The translations under genes were made by a program, and so were the position numbers. A stretch of 63,686 nt of DNA, the filler included, from Octopus bimaculoides (lineage: Eukaryota), in the NCBI RefSeq assembly GCF_001194135.2. It is 9 parts of 7 records of this genome, joined end to end, with 100 filler letters (N's around TTAATTAATTAA, not from the genome) between each part and the next. Parts side by side here need not be neighbours in the genome. Positions count along the whole stretch, not along the records: positions 49,925 to 56,277 come from NC_068986.1; positions 56,378 to 58,363 come from NW_026310523.1; positions 58,464 to 59,960 come from NC_068987.1; positions 60,061 to 61,442 come from NW_026304613.1; positions 61,543 to 63,686 come from NC_068985.1; 4 more parts are not named here. One strand, 5' to 3'. A model generated the notes under the pieces. It was not told the DNA's origin. It made no database searches and saw only the letters and a program-made list of their open reading frames with translations. Positions 51,831 to 63,686 of this stretch are shown here, one piece after another (the first letter of the stretch is position 1; each line of letters opens with the position of its first letter).

Positions 51831-52230
51831 TAGAGTTAAAGTAAAGATGATAATGAGAATGATAATAGTCATAATCACAACAATGATAATAATCATAAGT
51901 ATAGTAATAATAATTAGAAAAGAGATTTAGGGGTTTGACGATAATGGTGATGATGAAGAGTCGACGGAGGCGGAGGAGAGAGGAGGAAGAGGGGAGAGGA
52001 GGAAGAGGGGGAGGAGAGAGAGGAGGAGGAGGAGGAGGATTTGAATCAAAACGATAATGTTCTTGGCGATGATGACGGTGAAGACATGAGTGGTAATGAT
52101 AGCAATGACGACCATGACGACGAAGATGATGTCGATGATGACGATGACAACGATGACCCTCGATGATGATGATGATGCTGATGGTGGTGATGATGATGAC
52201 GATGATTGATGATGACGATGATGATGATAT
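50920..52230. repeat. About 1.3 kb compound trinucleotide array (CAC)n,(ACT)n,(GCT)n,(AAT)n,(GAG)n,(GAT)n
   Basis: Directly visible. It generates the low-complexity ORFs in the track. Confidence 0.95.
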
Positions 52231-52514
52231 TGCTATGCTCAATGAGGTTGTTTGCTTATAAACGCTTCACTGGTTATTTTATCAGTTTTTTCTGCTTCCG
52301 TCATATTAGGTCTTTATTTCTGCAGTACACAAGTCTCTCTACTTCTTTATGTACACTTACACATGCACACGCATGCATACGATTACAAACATACACATGG
52401 ACACACACGGGCACACACATACTCACAAACAAGCTGAGATTCTTTATCTGTCTCTCATCCTTTGTCGTTCACTTTCTTACTCGTACACACACACACGCAC
52501 GCACATGCATACAT

Positions 52515-52561
<47 letters not shown>

Positions 52562-53178
52562 NNNNNNNNNNNNNNNNNNNNNNNNNNNNNNNNNNNNNNN
52601 NNNNNNNNNNNNNNNNNNNNNNNNNNNNNNNNNNNNNNNNNNNNNNNNNNNNNNNNNNNNNNNNNNNNNNNNNNNNNNNNNNNNNNNNNNNNNNNNNNNN
52701 NNNNNNNNNNNNNNNNNNNATATAAAGAATATATATGTATACACATATATATATACATATATATATGCGTGTATATATGGATTTATCCTCTGTTTCTCCC
52801 TTATATTTTATTTAACCTCCCCCTTTACCATTCTAATGCTGTTTTTCTAGTTCCCTCGCCATTTCATTTCTTATACCCCTGTATATTTATCTCACTTTCT
52901 CTTTCTCCTTTCTCTCTCTCCCCATCTCTCTGTCTCTGTTTTTCACTCTCTTTCTCTCTCTCTGTCTCTCTCTCTCTCTCACTCTCTCTCCCTCTGTTTT
53001 TCACTCTCTTTCTCCCTCTCAGTTTATTAGTTTCTCTTTCTATTTCTCTTTGGCTCAAATTTAATTCGTCTAAACGCCTGGCTGATAGTTCGATCACGTA
53101 TTTTTCTTCTTTATTTCGTTCTCTTTCTGTCTCATACAGACACATACATTCACAGATAGAGAGTCGCATAAAACGCAA

Positions 53179-53230
<52 letters not shown>

Positions 53231-54091
53231 CTACACTTTCCCTTCTTTTTCTCTTATTATTTCTACCACTCTCATTACATCCTCTCCCCATTTTTCATTT
53301 AACCTGCTCCTTCTCTACCCTCTCCTTTCCACCTCCCTTTTTCTCCGTCTCTCTGATAGTAATTTTAAAGTTGTTCAGAACTACAAGATTCAAAACAATG
53401 ACAACATCGCGCAGATGGCAAGATTATAATGCATTTAGCGTTAGTGTCCAAAGAGTCTGCCAGGAACTGTCGACACACTGAACATCGGAAATTTATGAGC
53501 GTCTTACTATATTAAATATTACTTCCTCCTCCAACCTCAGTCTCTCCCATGTCCTCATTTTCTCCCTCTCTTTTTTTTTTCTTTCTATAATTTTCCTTTT
53601 CTCTCTCCATTCAGTATGCCACTTCTATCCTGTATTCTTTCACCTATCAGTCTCTTTGTCTCCGACATGTGTTAAGGACAGGGACAGGCGGAATATAAAG
53701 ACGAAACATAAACATATTGATCTCTTCTGATATAATGACATTTACACAAATATTACACACAGCTACACACTTATATGCGTGCATGCACAGCACACTCATA
53801 TAGAAATACATGCATTCGTTGAACCACACATCGATAAATAAAAACGTACACCTTCACACACATTTGCACCATCTATCTATCTATCTATATATATATATAT
53901 TGTTAGTGTGTGTGCATGTATGAGTTTGAATGTATGTATTTATGTATGTACATACGTACGTACATATGTATGTATGTATAGCTACACCAGGTCACACATA
54001 AATCCATACACTTACACAGTTACGCTGGCTAATTTGTATAGACATGCATCCATATTCACACACGTTTATGTGTGCATGTAGTGTGTGTGTG

Positions 54092-54122
<31 letters not shown>

Positions 54123-54130
54123 CTGTGTAT

Positions 54131-54188
<58 letters not shown>

Positions 54189-54493
54189 AAGTGCGTTCGT
54201 ACATTCACACAGATTTACAGACAGAAATGTATACGAATTTGAAATGCGCACTGATCTCTGTATGAATATGTGCGATTGCAAGCTTGTGTATGTTTTAGTA
54301 TGTGTGTATATGTGTATGTGTGTAGACGCATGTTGCTGTTCCTCTGTTTGTGAGAGTGTTCATATATTCTATTCACGAAACAAATGAAGGCGAGAGCTTG
54401 TGTCCCAAGTGTACATTTAAATATAACCAAAGCAGAGAGCTGTAACATACAGCCCTTTATTTCACTTATTTCACATCTATTCATCCATGATCC

Positions 54494-54539
<46 letters not shown>

Positions 54540-55262
54540 NNNNNNNNNNNNNNNNNNNNNNNNNNNNNNNNNNNNNNNNNNNNNNNNNNNNNNNNNNNNN
54601 NNNNNNNNNNNNNNNNNNNNNNNNNNNNNNNNNNNNNNNNNNNNNNNNNNNNNNNNNNNNNNNNNNNNNNNNNNNNNNNNNNNNNNNNNNNNNNNNNNNN
54701 NNNNNNNNNNNNNNNNNNNNNNNNNNNNNNNNNNNNNNNNNNNNNNNNNNNNNNNNNNNNNNNNNNNNNNNNNNNNNNNNNNNNNNNNNNNNNNNNNNNN
54801 NNNNNNNNNNNNNNNNNNNNNNNNNNNNNNNNNNNNNNNNNNNNNNNNNNNNNNNNNNNNNNNNNNNNNNNNNNNNNNNNNNNNNNNNNNNNNNNNNNNN
54901 NNNNNNNNNNNNNNNNNNNNNNNNNNNNNNNNNNNNNNNNNNNNNNNNNNNNNNNNNNNNNNNNNNNNNNNNNNNNNNNNNNNNNNNNNNNNNNNNNNNN
55001 NNNNNNNNNNNNNNNNNNNNNNNNNNNNNNNNNNNNNNNNNNNNNNNNNNNNNNNNNNNNNNNNNNNNNNNNNNNNNNNNNNNNNNNNNNNNNNNNNNNN
55101 NNNNNNNNNNNNNNNNNNNNNNNNNNNNNNNNNNNNNNNNNNNNNNNNNNNNNNNNNNNNNNNNNNNNNNNNNNNNNNNNNNNNNNNNNNNNNNNNNNNN
55201 NNNNNNNNNNNNNNNNNNNNNNNNNNNNNNNNNNNNNNNNNNNNNNNNNATATATATATATA

Positions 55263-56023
55263 TACAGAGGGTGATAAATTGAATATTAATTTAATTAACA
55301 TCAATTTAAAACCAGTGGCCTTGCATATAAAAACATCTGGAATTTCAGAAATTTTGTATTACATGCGTATAAGAAGGGATGAAACTAATTGGACATCCGA
55401 TATGCTAGAAAAAGATCACCCACGATCTAACCACAAAGAAAAGAATGTTCTCCAGAAAAAATTCAGTAAACACCAGAACATAAGCGGGCAAGACAAATGG
55501 AAATAGACAAAATAAAGAATTAATCGTAGACCAGGTTTCGCCACTAACTCTTTTTTATTTACGTGAAAACGTCTGTGGCTCGTCAGTACGACCGTTTTAA
55601 TTCAATATAATTTGCAGAACTATACACGAATTGTCTTCATAAAGCTGACGTGCGTAAAGTTCTACCGATTTCATGTGGGTTATTTTCAAATGTCTTAGCT
55701 CTGGCGCGCTAAATCCCGGAAACAGTTCTGCAGAAGATAATTCACAACAGTGGATGTTGCTGGTTAGAGAAAATGATTATTTAAGATTTGTATTTATATA
55801 CTGAGGGTGATAAATTGAATATTGAGTTAATTAACATCAATTTAAAATCAGTGGCCTAGCATATAAAAAAAAATCTGAAATTTCAGAAAACTTGTATTAC
55901 ATGCGTATAGGAAGGGATGACCACTAAGTGGACATCCGATATGCTAGAAAAAGATCACCTACAATCTAACCACAAAGATAATAATGTTCTCCAGAAAAAA
56001 TTCAGCAAACACCAGAACATAAG
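55263..56023 (+). repeat. Pair of about 222-bp direct repeats (55263-55484, 55799-56023) around a 314-bp spacer
   Basis: tac(a/t)gagggtgataaattgaatatt..gacatccgatatgctagaaaaagatcacc..caccagaacataag occurs twice. Confidence 0.9.
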
Positions 56024-56659
56024 GAAGCATTTATATATTTCTTATACGCATATATATATATACATATATTTCAGTAATTTGACTGCGGCCATGCAGTGAA
56101 TGGTTTTTATCCGTGAAAATTTATTTTTAAAGCCTAGTACTTATTGTATCGGTTCCTTTGCCGAAGTGATAAGTTGTCAAGAGGTGAGTGTATTTGAGCG
56201 GGGAGGGGACAGACACAGACACAAAGACACACACACATAGATATATCTATAGCTATATATATATATACATATATATANNNNNNNNNNNNNNNNNNNNNNN
56301 NNNNNNNNNNNNNNNNNNNNNTTAATTAATTAANNNNNNNNNNNNNNNNNNNNNNNNNNNNNNNNNNNNNNNNNNNNGTGTGTGTGTGTATACTCGCGTA
56401 CCTGCTTGTATGTGTGTTTGTGTGTTAGTGAGTGAGTGAATGAGTGTTTGTGTATGTGTGTGTGTATACTCGAGTACCTGCATGTATGTGTGCTTGTGAG
56501 TGCGTGTGTGTGTATTTGTGTGTGCATTTGTATGTGTGTGTTTGTGTTTGCGCGTGTGTACCCATTGTCTACCCGAGACCTCCTTAATGGTTCGGGCTTT
56601 GTGCTCATGCTCAGTTCGGTCTAAGATCTGCTGGGATTTGCTTGTCATCCCGTAAACAT

Positions 56660-56811
56660 TTACGGGTATAGTTCCCTAACGTGCAAAGACAGAGAGGAAG
56701 GGGACCAATTTATTGCACATAAATTTTAACAACGAAATCTCATACGGACCCCACCCCACATCCCCAACGAAGGGTCACATGACCCCTCCTCGCCCCGGTT
56801 GAAAACCACTG
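56660..56811. mobile_element. One end of a hAT/Charlie-like MITE
   Basis: Ends in ggttgaaaaccactg, the reverse of CAGTGGTTYTCAACC-type TIRs. The partner end was not found. Confidence 0.5.
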
Positions 56812-56903
56812 CCCTATAAATTCTATATGCCACTGGCATCATCATTATCTTCACCAGCAGCAAAAACAACGTTATATATTGACTACGCACGCGGCTTAGC
56901 TAG

Positions 56904-57043
56904 AATTGTCTCTTCGACAAGGAGGAGGTGGCGAGGAGGCTGGAATTCTCAAATGTCATTGACATTACCAAGACTGTTGTTACTGAATTCCAAGACTTTA
57001 TCAGCAGTAGCGACCCGTCAGTTTCACCACCATTAATAATAAC
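56904..57043 (+). CDS. Candidate isolated exon (NCLFDKEEVARRLEFSNVIDITKTVVTEFQDFISSSDPSVSPPLII)
   Basis: ctag|AATTGT..ATAAC|gtaatt. GC-richer than background and protein-like composition. Weak pyrimidine tract, no partner exons found. Confidence 0.3.
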
Positions 57044-57135
57044 GTAATTTATACAGGAATAAACTAAACTGAAATTCCTTGTGGCAGAATGATGTCGCAA
57101 CAGGCATGTATTTTCAAACGCATTTTATATGCAGA

Positions 57136-57224
57136 AACGTGACAGCGTTCTGAAACACGTGGACGTAAGTATTTTCAGTTATTGTTCATTATGCAACTTA
57201 TGAGAAACACGTGGAACACGTGAC
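57136..57224. promoter_or_regulatory. E-box cluster (3 x CACGTG plus AACGTG)
   Basis: CACGTG at 57156, 57208 and 57217; AACGTG at 57136. Confidence 0.35.
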
Positions 57225-57356
57225 TAGCTTCTGGTGATTTGCCATTAAAGGAATGCTTCATTCCAACAAAGAAACCACTATGCGGTTGTACTGCCTGCTA
57301 AAAGTAGCAGCAAAATCTTACTTCAAACCACGCTTTTTTGATTGCAAAGAGAAGAG

Positions 57357-57740
57357 CAGTTGTTGTTGGCACTCCGTCGCTTACGACGTCGAGGGTTCTA
57401 GTTGATCCGATCAACGGAACAGCCTGCTCGTGAAATTAACGTTCAAGCGGCTGAGCACTCCACAGACACGTGTACCCTTAACGTAGTTCTCGGAGATATT
57501 CAGCGTGACACAGAGTGTGACAAGGCTGACCCTTTGAATTACAGGCACAACAGAAACAGGAAGAAAGAGTGAGAGAAAGTTGTGGTGAAAGAGTACAGCA
57601 GGGTTCGCCACCTTCCCCTGCCGGAGCCTCGTGGAGCTTTTAGGTGTTTTCGCTCAATAATAAAATCACAGCGCCCGGTCTGGGAATCGATCCTATGACC
57701 GCGAGTCCGCTGCCCTAACCACTGGGCCATTGCGCTTCCA
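57357..57740 (-). mobile_element. tRNA SINE family D, full length, CpGs retained
   Basis: Reverse complement aligns end to end with 38325-38690. Confidence 0.9.
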
Positions 57741-57832
57741 GAAGAATAAAATAACAAACTATCAAAGACAAAGAACTCCTTACAATGCGGTCCGGCAAAA
57801 GTTCCATAACCTTTATATATTCCCGGAGGGTG

Positions 57833-58150
57833 AAGGCGCGTGGCGTAGTGGTTAAGGTATTCAGCTCACGACCGCAAGGTCGTGAGTTCAATTCCCGGCG
57901 ATTCCCGACTCTTTATTTCACGATGCTCCAGTCTACTCAGTTGGCAAAAATGAGTGGTATCTGTAATTCAATGGGGACAGCCTTGTCATATTTCGCGTCA
58001 CGCTGAATCTCTTTGAGAACTACGATATGGGCACGCGTGTCTATGGAGTGCTCCGCTGCTTGCACGTTAATTTCAAGAGCAGGCAGTTCTGTTGATCGAC
58101 TAACCTCTTCAAGGTGGTGCTCCAGCATGGCCGCAGTCCATTCACTGAAA
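57833..58150 (+). mobile_element. Chimeric SINE (tRNA head, CORE-like piece, family D body, family A tail)
   Basis: ggcgcgtggcgtagtggttaagg..gagttcaattccc; cagccttgtca..gcacgttaatttc; ggtggtgctccagcatggccgcagtc. Confidence 0.65.
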
Positions 58151-59080
58151 CAAGTGAAAATTAACAGATTTAATTGTGTGTGTGTATGTGTGTGTGTATG
58201 TATGTGTGTGTGTGTGTATGTGCGTGTGTGTGCGCGCGTTCAACAAAGACGGTCTACTTGCTGTAAGGCGTAGAGTGGCTGTGTGGTAAGTAGCTTGCTT
58301 ACGAACCACATGTTTCCAGGTTCAGTCCCACTGCGTGGCATCTTGGACAAGTGTCTTCTACTANNNNNNNNNNNNNNNNNNNNNNNNNNNNNNNNNNNNN
58401 NNNNNNNTTAATTAATTAANNNNNNNNNNNNNNNNNNNNNNNNNNNNNNNNNNNNNNNNNNNNATATATATATATATATATATATACAGCAAAATTTGCT
58501 GTTGTATGTTGGTCAAAATACATACTAAACTTCAGAATGATGGAAATAACATTTTCGCAGATATTGTATGAAGAAACAGAGAATCAGAATTTTCAGGTAT
58601 TATTTAACCCCCAATAGACGTGTTTCATTTTCTTATAAGAATTACAAAGATATTTATTCTACATAGACATATAAAGAATTATTTAATTAGAAATTCTTCA
58701 AACAAAGAAAATTCATGAGAAATGAAAATACCACACACACACACACACACACTTACACACACATGTATACATGTATAGATAGAGTGATGGATAGATACAT
58801 ACATACATAGAAATGCATATATATAAATATATAAATACATATACAAGTATATACATAAGTGTGTGTATGTATATATATTATTATGTACATAAGTTATGTA
58901 TGTATACATATATAAATGTGTGCGTGTGTGTGTAGGTGTGTGCGTGTGTGTGTTTGTTTGTCTGTGTGTGTATATATGTATATGTATATGTATGTGTGTA
59001 TATATATATATATGTAAATATATAAAAATAAAAAGATAAAGAGACCAATGGTAAGGTTGGAGAAGTATTTTATGGATAGA

Positions 59081-59129
59081 GTCTTACAGCTGTTTCTGGC
59101 AAGATCCAGTACTTCCCTTCATCGGAGAC
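59081..59129 (-). ncRNA. Hammerhead relic (core U4 to C, helix II decayed)
   Basis: Minus strand GTCT CCGATGA agggaagtactggatcttgcca GAAA CAGCTG TA AGAC. 4-bp helix I and perfect palindrome ACAGCTGT. Confidence 0.55.
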
Positions 59130-60060
59130 AAAAAAAATGAAGTAATCTATTATTATATCCAGAGGCGGATATTTTTAGTATGAAGTGGTAAAGAGTGTGA
59201 TGCGCTGAAAAAAAGAGAGAACAGTACTTGAAGTGTAGTTTCATTCCAGTAGTAAATATTCGTGTAGAAATCCCTGTAAAGTAATCCTTATGGGGATAAT
59301 CCGGAAATAGATGTTGGAACGAAGGCTGATATAGCATAAATAGCAGAGGTGAATATATGCCATACTGCGATGGATTTTAGCTTGTTTACTTGAAGAATGG
59401 CCAAGTCAAGTGAAGGATGAGCGGTAGTTAGGTCAAGTCATGAAGACAGAATGTGAAAGAGGATGGAGGAGAGATAGAGGTGAAGGATGGTAGCGGTATA
59501 TTTTAATGGTTAGTTGATCTTACAGGATAGAGGAGATGAGCATATAGAGAGAAGGAGGAATGGGGGGATGAGGTTAAAAGGTCTAGTGAGTAGGAAAGAA
59601 TGTGTGTATGTAGTATATAGGTGGTGAGGGTATGAGTGATAAAACAAGGACGGAGATAAAGGGAGAGATGGGTGGGAAAGGTAGTTAGTGGTATCATATT
59701 CAAGAATGCAACCAAACCTATTTATAGATGGTGGAATGGGATTGAGAGAAACGACGTAGTCTGTATGCGTTGGTGGTGTTGTTGTGAATTAGAGAGTAGA
59801 AGAAATAGATTTGGGGGTATATATATGTGGTGATATGATCGAAAGAAAATAATCTTATTCAAAAGATAGTAAAAGATGGATATTTTTGCCAGGTTGAATA
59901 GGTTGCCTGTTGGGGGTCGTGTAATTATGTTGCGTGATCGTTTGTGCAATTTTGCTTGTGNNNNNNNNNNNNNNNNNNNNNNNNNNNNNNNNNNNNNNNN
60001 NNNNTTAATTAATTAANNNNNNNNNNNNNNNNNNNNNNNNNNNNNNNNNNNNNNNNNNNN

Positions 60061-60305
60061 GAGCAAAATCATTTTTACTGGTTCCAGAAGACTGAAATTT
60101 TGGAATATGCACATAAAGATTAATAGTATGGGATACATATCTCATAATTAGAATTTTTTAGGGTGTGTAAAAAGGGAAACAGCCCGCATGTGCAATTTTC
60201 ATGAAATTCGAATCATATGTATTCCAGTTCTTTACAGAAAATATAACAGAAAAGTCTCATTCTTAAATTGCCTGTAAGACGGTCAACGCCGGGTATCTCT
60301 GCTAG
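60061..60305 (+). mobile_element. 3' end of a non-autonomous Helitron-like element
   Basis: Small GC hairpin cggt-caac-gccg (60280-60291), then CTAG (60302-60305) followed by T. Confidence 0.55.
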
Positions 60306-60509
60306 TTTATATATAAAGGTGACTTCTGTGATTATAAAAATATCTTCCACTGATTACTGATCATGGAACGAAGGCTTTGTAAATCTAATTCAAATCACAA
60401 ATATTTTGAACATCCATTCTTTTCTCATATTATACATGCATGTGTGTTTTTCATTCATACTTAACGTGGTGACTTAAATCTCTGTTATATCTTATATAAT
60501 AAAATACCT

Positions 60510-61200
60510 GTGAAGCGAACAGAACCTTCGTGGAGAAGAAAAGAAAGCCTTACAAACACTGAAGAATGACAAATCAATCATCCTAAAAGAAAGCGATTAG
60601 GGTAGGGTGATAGCAATCATGGACAAAGACTCCTATAAAGATAAAATATTGGAAACAGACCAAACCTGCTACAAGGAAGAACCAAGACACCCGGAAAAAG
60701 TAATAATGAATACATTGAAACGTCTAATAAATGAATACCAACGTTCATTCACAGACAGAAAAAGATTATTTATGCAACTCTGTAATCAAAGTGAGTATTT
60801 TCTATGGATTATCCAAGATCTACGAATGCTCCCAAATACAGAGAGCCATAAATGAACAGAGGAATCAGCACATAAAAATACTAATACCTACTGACCTCAA
60901 ATTGAGACCAACAGTTGCTGGACCTTAAACCCCGACACAACAACTGAGCCATCTTTTGGATATACTCCTCAAACCGTTATGCCCGAGATGACATGGATTT
61001 CCTCAAACATATTCCACTCAATGTCCAGAACGTACTATATTTACAGGTTTTGACTAATCTTTATAATAATATACATCACACTTTGGGCCTGGAAGCAATC
61101 AAACACTGGGTAGAAAAACATAGCGGACGGATGGACGAACGATTCAAAACGAACTTCATTTCCAAAGACACACACCTGGTACTAGAAGACAACACGGGTG
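60510..61200 (+). mobile_element. Penelope-like element reverse transcriptase relic
   Basis: NLRGEEKKALQTLKNDKSIILKESD*GRVIAIMDKDSY; FYGLSKIY..LKLRPTVAGP..QLSHLLDILLKPL; DDMDFL..TNLYNNIHHTLGLEAIKHW..LVLEDN: PLE RT motifs in order. Confidence 0.85.
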
Positions 61201-61849
61201 TTGTGAGCTAGTCACACGGTATTATTTGTTCTTTTCTTATGGGCAGAATCGACAGAGCAGATATATAGCGAACTGGATTACTAGCAAAATGGAAGCTATT
61301 CTTTGTTTAAAAGTGGAGGGGCGGAGGGTACAATTTATCTGGGTTTGCATGAAAGTGCTTTCTGCTCTTAAGAAGAATCCCAAAATATGTACTATTTCAC
61401 CGTATAAAAGGGGGTTAATACGATTCTGCCCAGAAATCACTTNNNNNNNNNNNNNNNNNNNNNNNNNNNNNNNNNNNNNNNNNNNNTTAATTAATTAANN
61501 NNNNNNNNNNNNNNNNNNNNNNNNNNNNNNNNNNNNNNNNNNGTTTCGTAAGTGCCTTTCCTCTCGTTGGTTTTTGGTGTCGCATGGCCAGAAATTACCG
61601 TGAAGTTTTTAGAGGCACTTTCAAATTTATCAGAATATTGGGCTGAAGATTCGGAATAGAGTAATGTTATACTCTTAACTGTGAAACGTCGTATCCAATT
61701 AACTAATTGCAGGTTTGTTTTTGCTTTTCCCTCCGGTTTTTTTGTTCTATTTGTGCCATAAATGTCGCCATCCGTTTAGAGAAAAATGTGTAGTTTAGAA
61801 TCAGTAGTTCTTTGACTGCTATTTCTAAATTTTCAGTATGTTCGAGAAG

Positions 61850-62500
61850 CAACTCAATGCTAATCCCTGTATATTTAGGATGATAAATGGTTTTACCGAT
61901 AAAGGTTTTTTGATACTGAACTACTTGGCAAAATTGTTAATTATTAATTCTATTACTAATTGACGATTCCCTGCCCTTATTCTTGTNNNNNNNNNNNNNN
62001 NNNNNNNNNNNNNNNNNNNNNNNNNNNNNNNNNNNNNNNNNNNNNNNNNNNNNNNNNNNNNNNNNNNNNNNNNNNNNNNNNNNNNNNNNNNNNNNNNNNN
62101 NNNNNNNNNNNNNNNNNNNNNNNNNNNNNNNNNNNNNNNGTTTACGCTTGAAAAACCTCTTACGGAACCTCAAAATATGTAGTTTTAAATTCGCCCACTA
62201 TACAAATTCTAGCCTACAACCTGTGGTTCAGGGATTGATAGCAAACTTCAAGGCATATTATATGAGAAAATCTTTCAAGCCCTGTCTGAAAGCAAGTGAC
62301 ATGGAGGTTGAACCTACTGATAAAGTTTTCTGGAAGTAATTCAATACGAGTGCCGTGAATATCAATGCTGTGTCACGGGGTGAATTGAAAACTTAGTTCG
62401 AATATCCCTTGGAAAAATAGATGGCCAAAATCTTTAACATAACGTATTCTCATCAAGCAGGAAGTCTATTCGGCAAATTATTTCGACTTGCAAACGATGT
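61850..62500 (+). mobile_element. pogo/Tigger DDE transposase relic
   Basis: ILLLIDDS.. and FAHYTNSSLQPVVQGLIANFKAYYMRKSF..KVFWK (PxNTTSxxQPxDQGxIxxFKxxY motif). Confidence 0.8.
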
Positions 62501-63277
62501 AGTATACGTAGAAGTCATAGCAGACGGTGTTATTGAGGAGCTCAGGTCTCAAATAAAGAACAAACCAAAAATACAAATGAGATAACATATGTTCTACTAG
62601 CAGTAAAATTCTCTACAAAATTTATTGCAAAAATGATTGACATTTACAGAGAAAGGACACCAGATTTTTACTAATAGTGAACCTAATCGTGAGCGTAGTG
62701 TACAGTGAATTCACATCCTATACTGAACCGTACACAGAGATGATGCAACGTACAAAATAAAGACCATTGGATAGGTTCTTCCCACCTCAAGCTGATATTC
62801 ATAATAATGAACTAAAATACAGTAAATATAATTTGATCTTCATAGCAATTTTCATTCCACCGCGATTCCTCATAAGGCAGCCAAAATCCTTTATGATAAG
62901 AGCGTACTCCTAATATAATACTATTCTTATCAATATTGCCTTAGACAGAGTCGCACGTCAAAGAATGAACCTTAACGCTGAAACTATGAACTCCTGTTAT
63001 AATGCATCCAAATTTTCTCTGTACATATTCTTACTGCCCCATATAGGTTACAGATTATTGACTAACAAGATGGCTATAGGAAGTGATTGCCAATAATGTG
63101 ACCACGCAGTTGGATCAAGAGAGATAGGAATCCCATGAAGTGGGATTAAAGTGATGTCTGTGCATTATCACGTAAAATAAAATGATGGGAGGATGTGATG
63201 AAGGACTTAATTAAACAAAACATGAGGAGGCATAGTTTACACCTTCGAGGTTTAGTAATGATTATGCATCAACTCAC

Positions 63278-63475
63278 CAATGAAGTTCAGGTGCAAAATC
63301 AGTAGAAACAATTGTAGTGATTTCCGATAAAGAATGCCACTCATTCCTTTCTCTATCGTTTATATAAACTCTACGGATGTTATGCAACTCCTGATATCTA
63401 TGCCCTCGCAGGAGCATTTGAACTGTTTGATAGCATCGGGTAGCCAATAACTGTGCACGACCTTTGCGTAGCATT
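63278..63475 (-). CDS. Candidate isolated exon (MLRKGRAQLLATRCYQTVQMLLRGHRYQELHNIRRVYINDRERNEWHSLSEITTIVSTDFAPELH)
   Basis: 198 nt stop-free, phase 2-2, strong donor TTG|gtgagt, moderate acceptor ttcttgaag|. No homology recognised. Confidence 0.35.
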
Positions 63476-63643
63476 CTTCAAGAATTCAAACCGAATTCTA
63501 TTTAACTGTATTTATGTGTGAGCATGTGTGTGTTGTGTATGTGTGCATACGTGTGAGCAATTATGTGTCTATGAATGCATCTATCTATCTATCTATCTAT
63601 CTATCCATGTATCTATCTATCTATCTATCTATCTATCTCTCTA

Positions 63644-63686
<43 letters not shown>

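Noticed and set aside
916-56648. Long ORFs in the track made of YI/HT/CV/poly-I/L/X runs
   Set aside because: Translations of microsatellites and N gaps.
1-63686. CRISPR arrays, rRNA or intact tRNA genes, intact autonomous transposons, horizontally acquired or viral genes
   Set aside because: None seen. All TE coding regions are fragmentary or interrupted.

Overview
AT-rich, microsatellite-dense animal genomic DNA from a gappy draft assembly. Eight 100-bp gaps carry an artificial TTAATTAATTAA six-frame-stop linker. The tRNA-SINE families look like those of octopus/cephalopods; I recognised these from memory and did not run a search. The window has three zones. (1) About 1-20.7 kb is CpG-retaining and full of decayed transposons: Helitron, Merlin, hAT, two Penelope-like (PLE) GIY-YIG fragments, two R4/Dong-type LINEs and SINEs. 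(2) About 20.8-49 kb is a visibly CpG-poor block. It holds an unidentified minus-strand gene made of many small exons. I could chain 10 exons (21648-29312, 682 nt) in one open frame with GT-AG sites, and there are further tentative exons up to 43129. (3) About 50-63.7 kb holds simple repeats, SINEs, a PLE RT fragment, a pogo/Tigger fragment and a Helitron 3' end. The most unusual signal is a set of minimal type-I hammerhead ribozyme motifs with palindromic helix III, in at least three different repeat contexts. One context is a tRNA-headed SINE whose 3' tail carries the hammerhead. It is present as a tail-head-tail inverted structure at 18431-18888, and as a copy at 7057-7222 from which the ribozyme has been deleted. 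The motif at 20233-20363 has an intact core. All translations and folds were done by eye; no database or folding computation was run.
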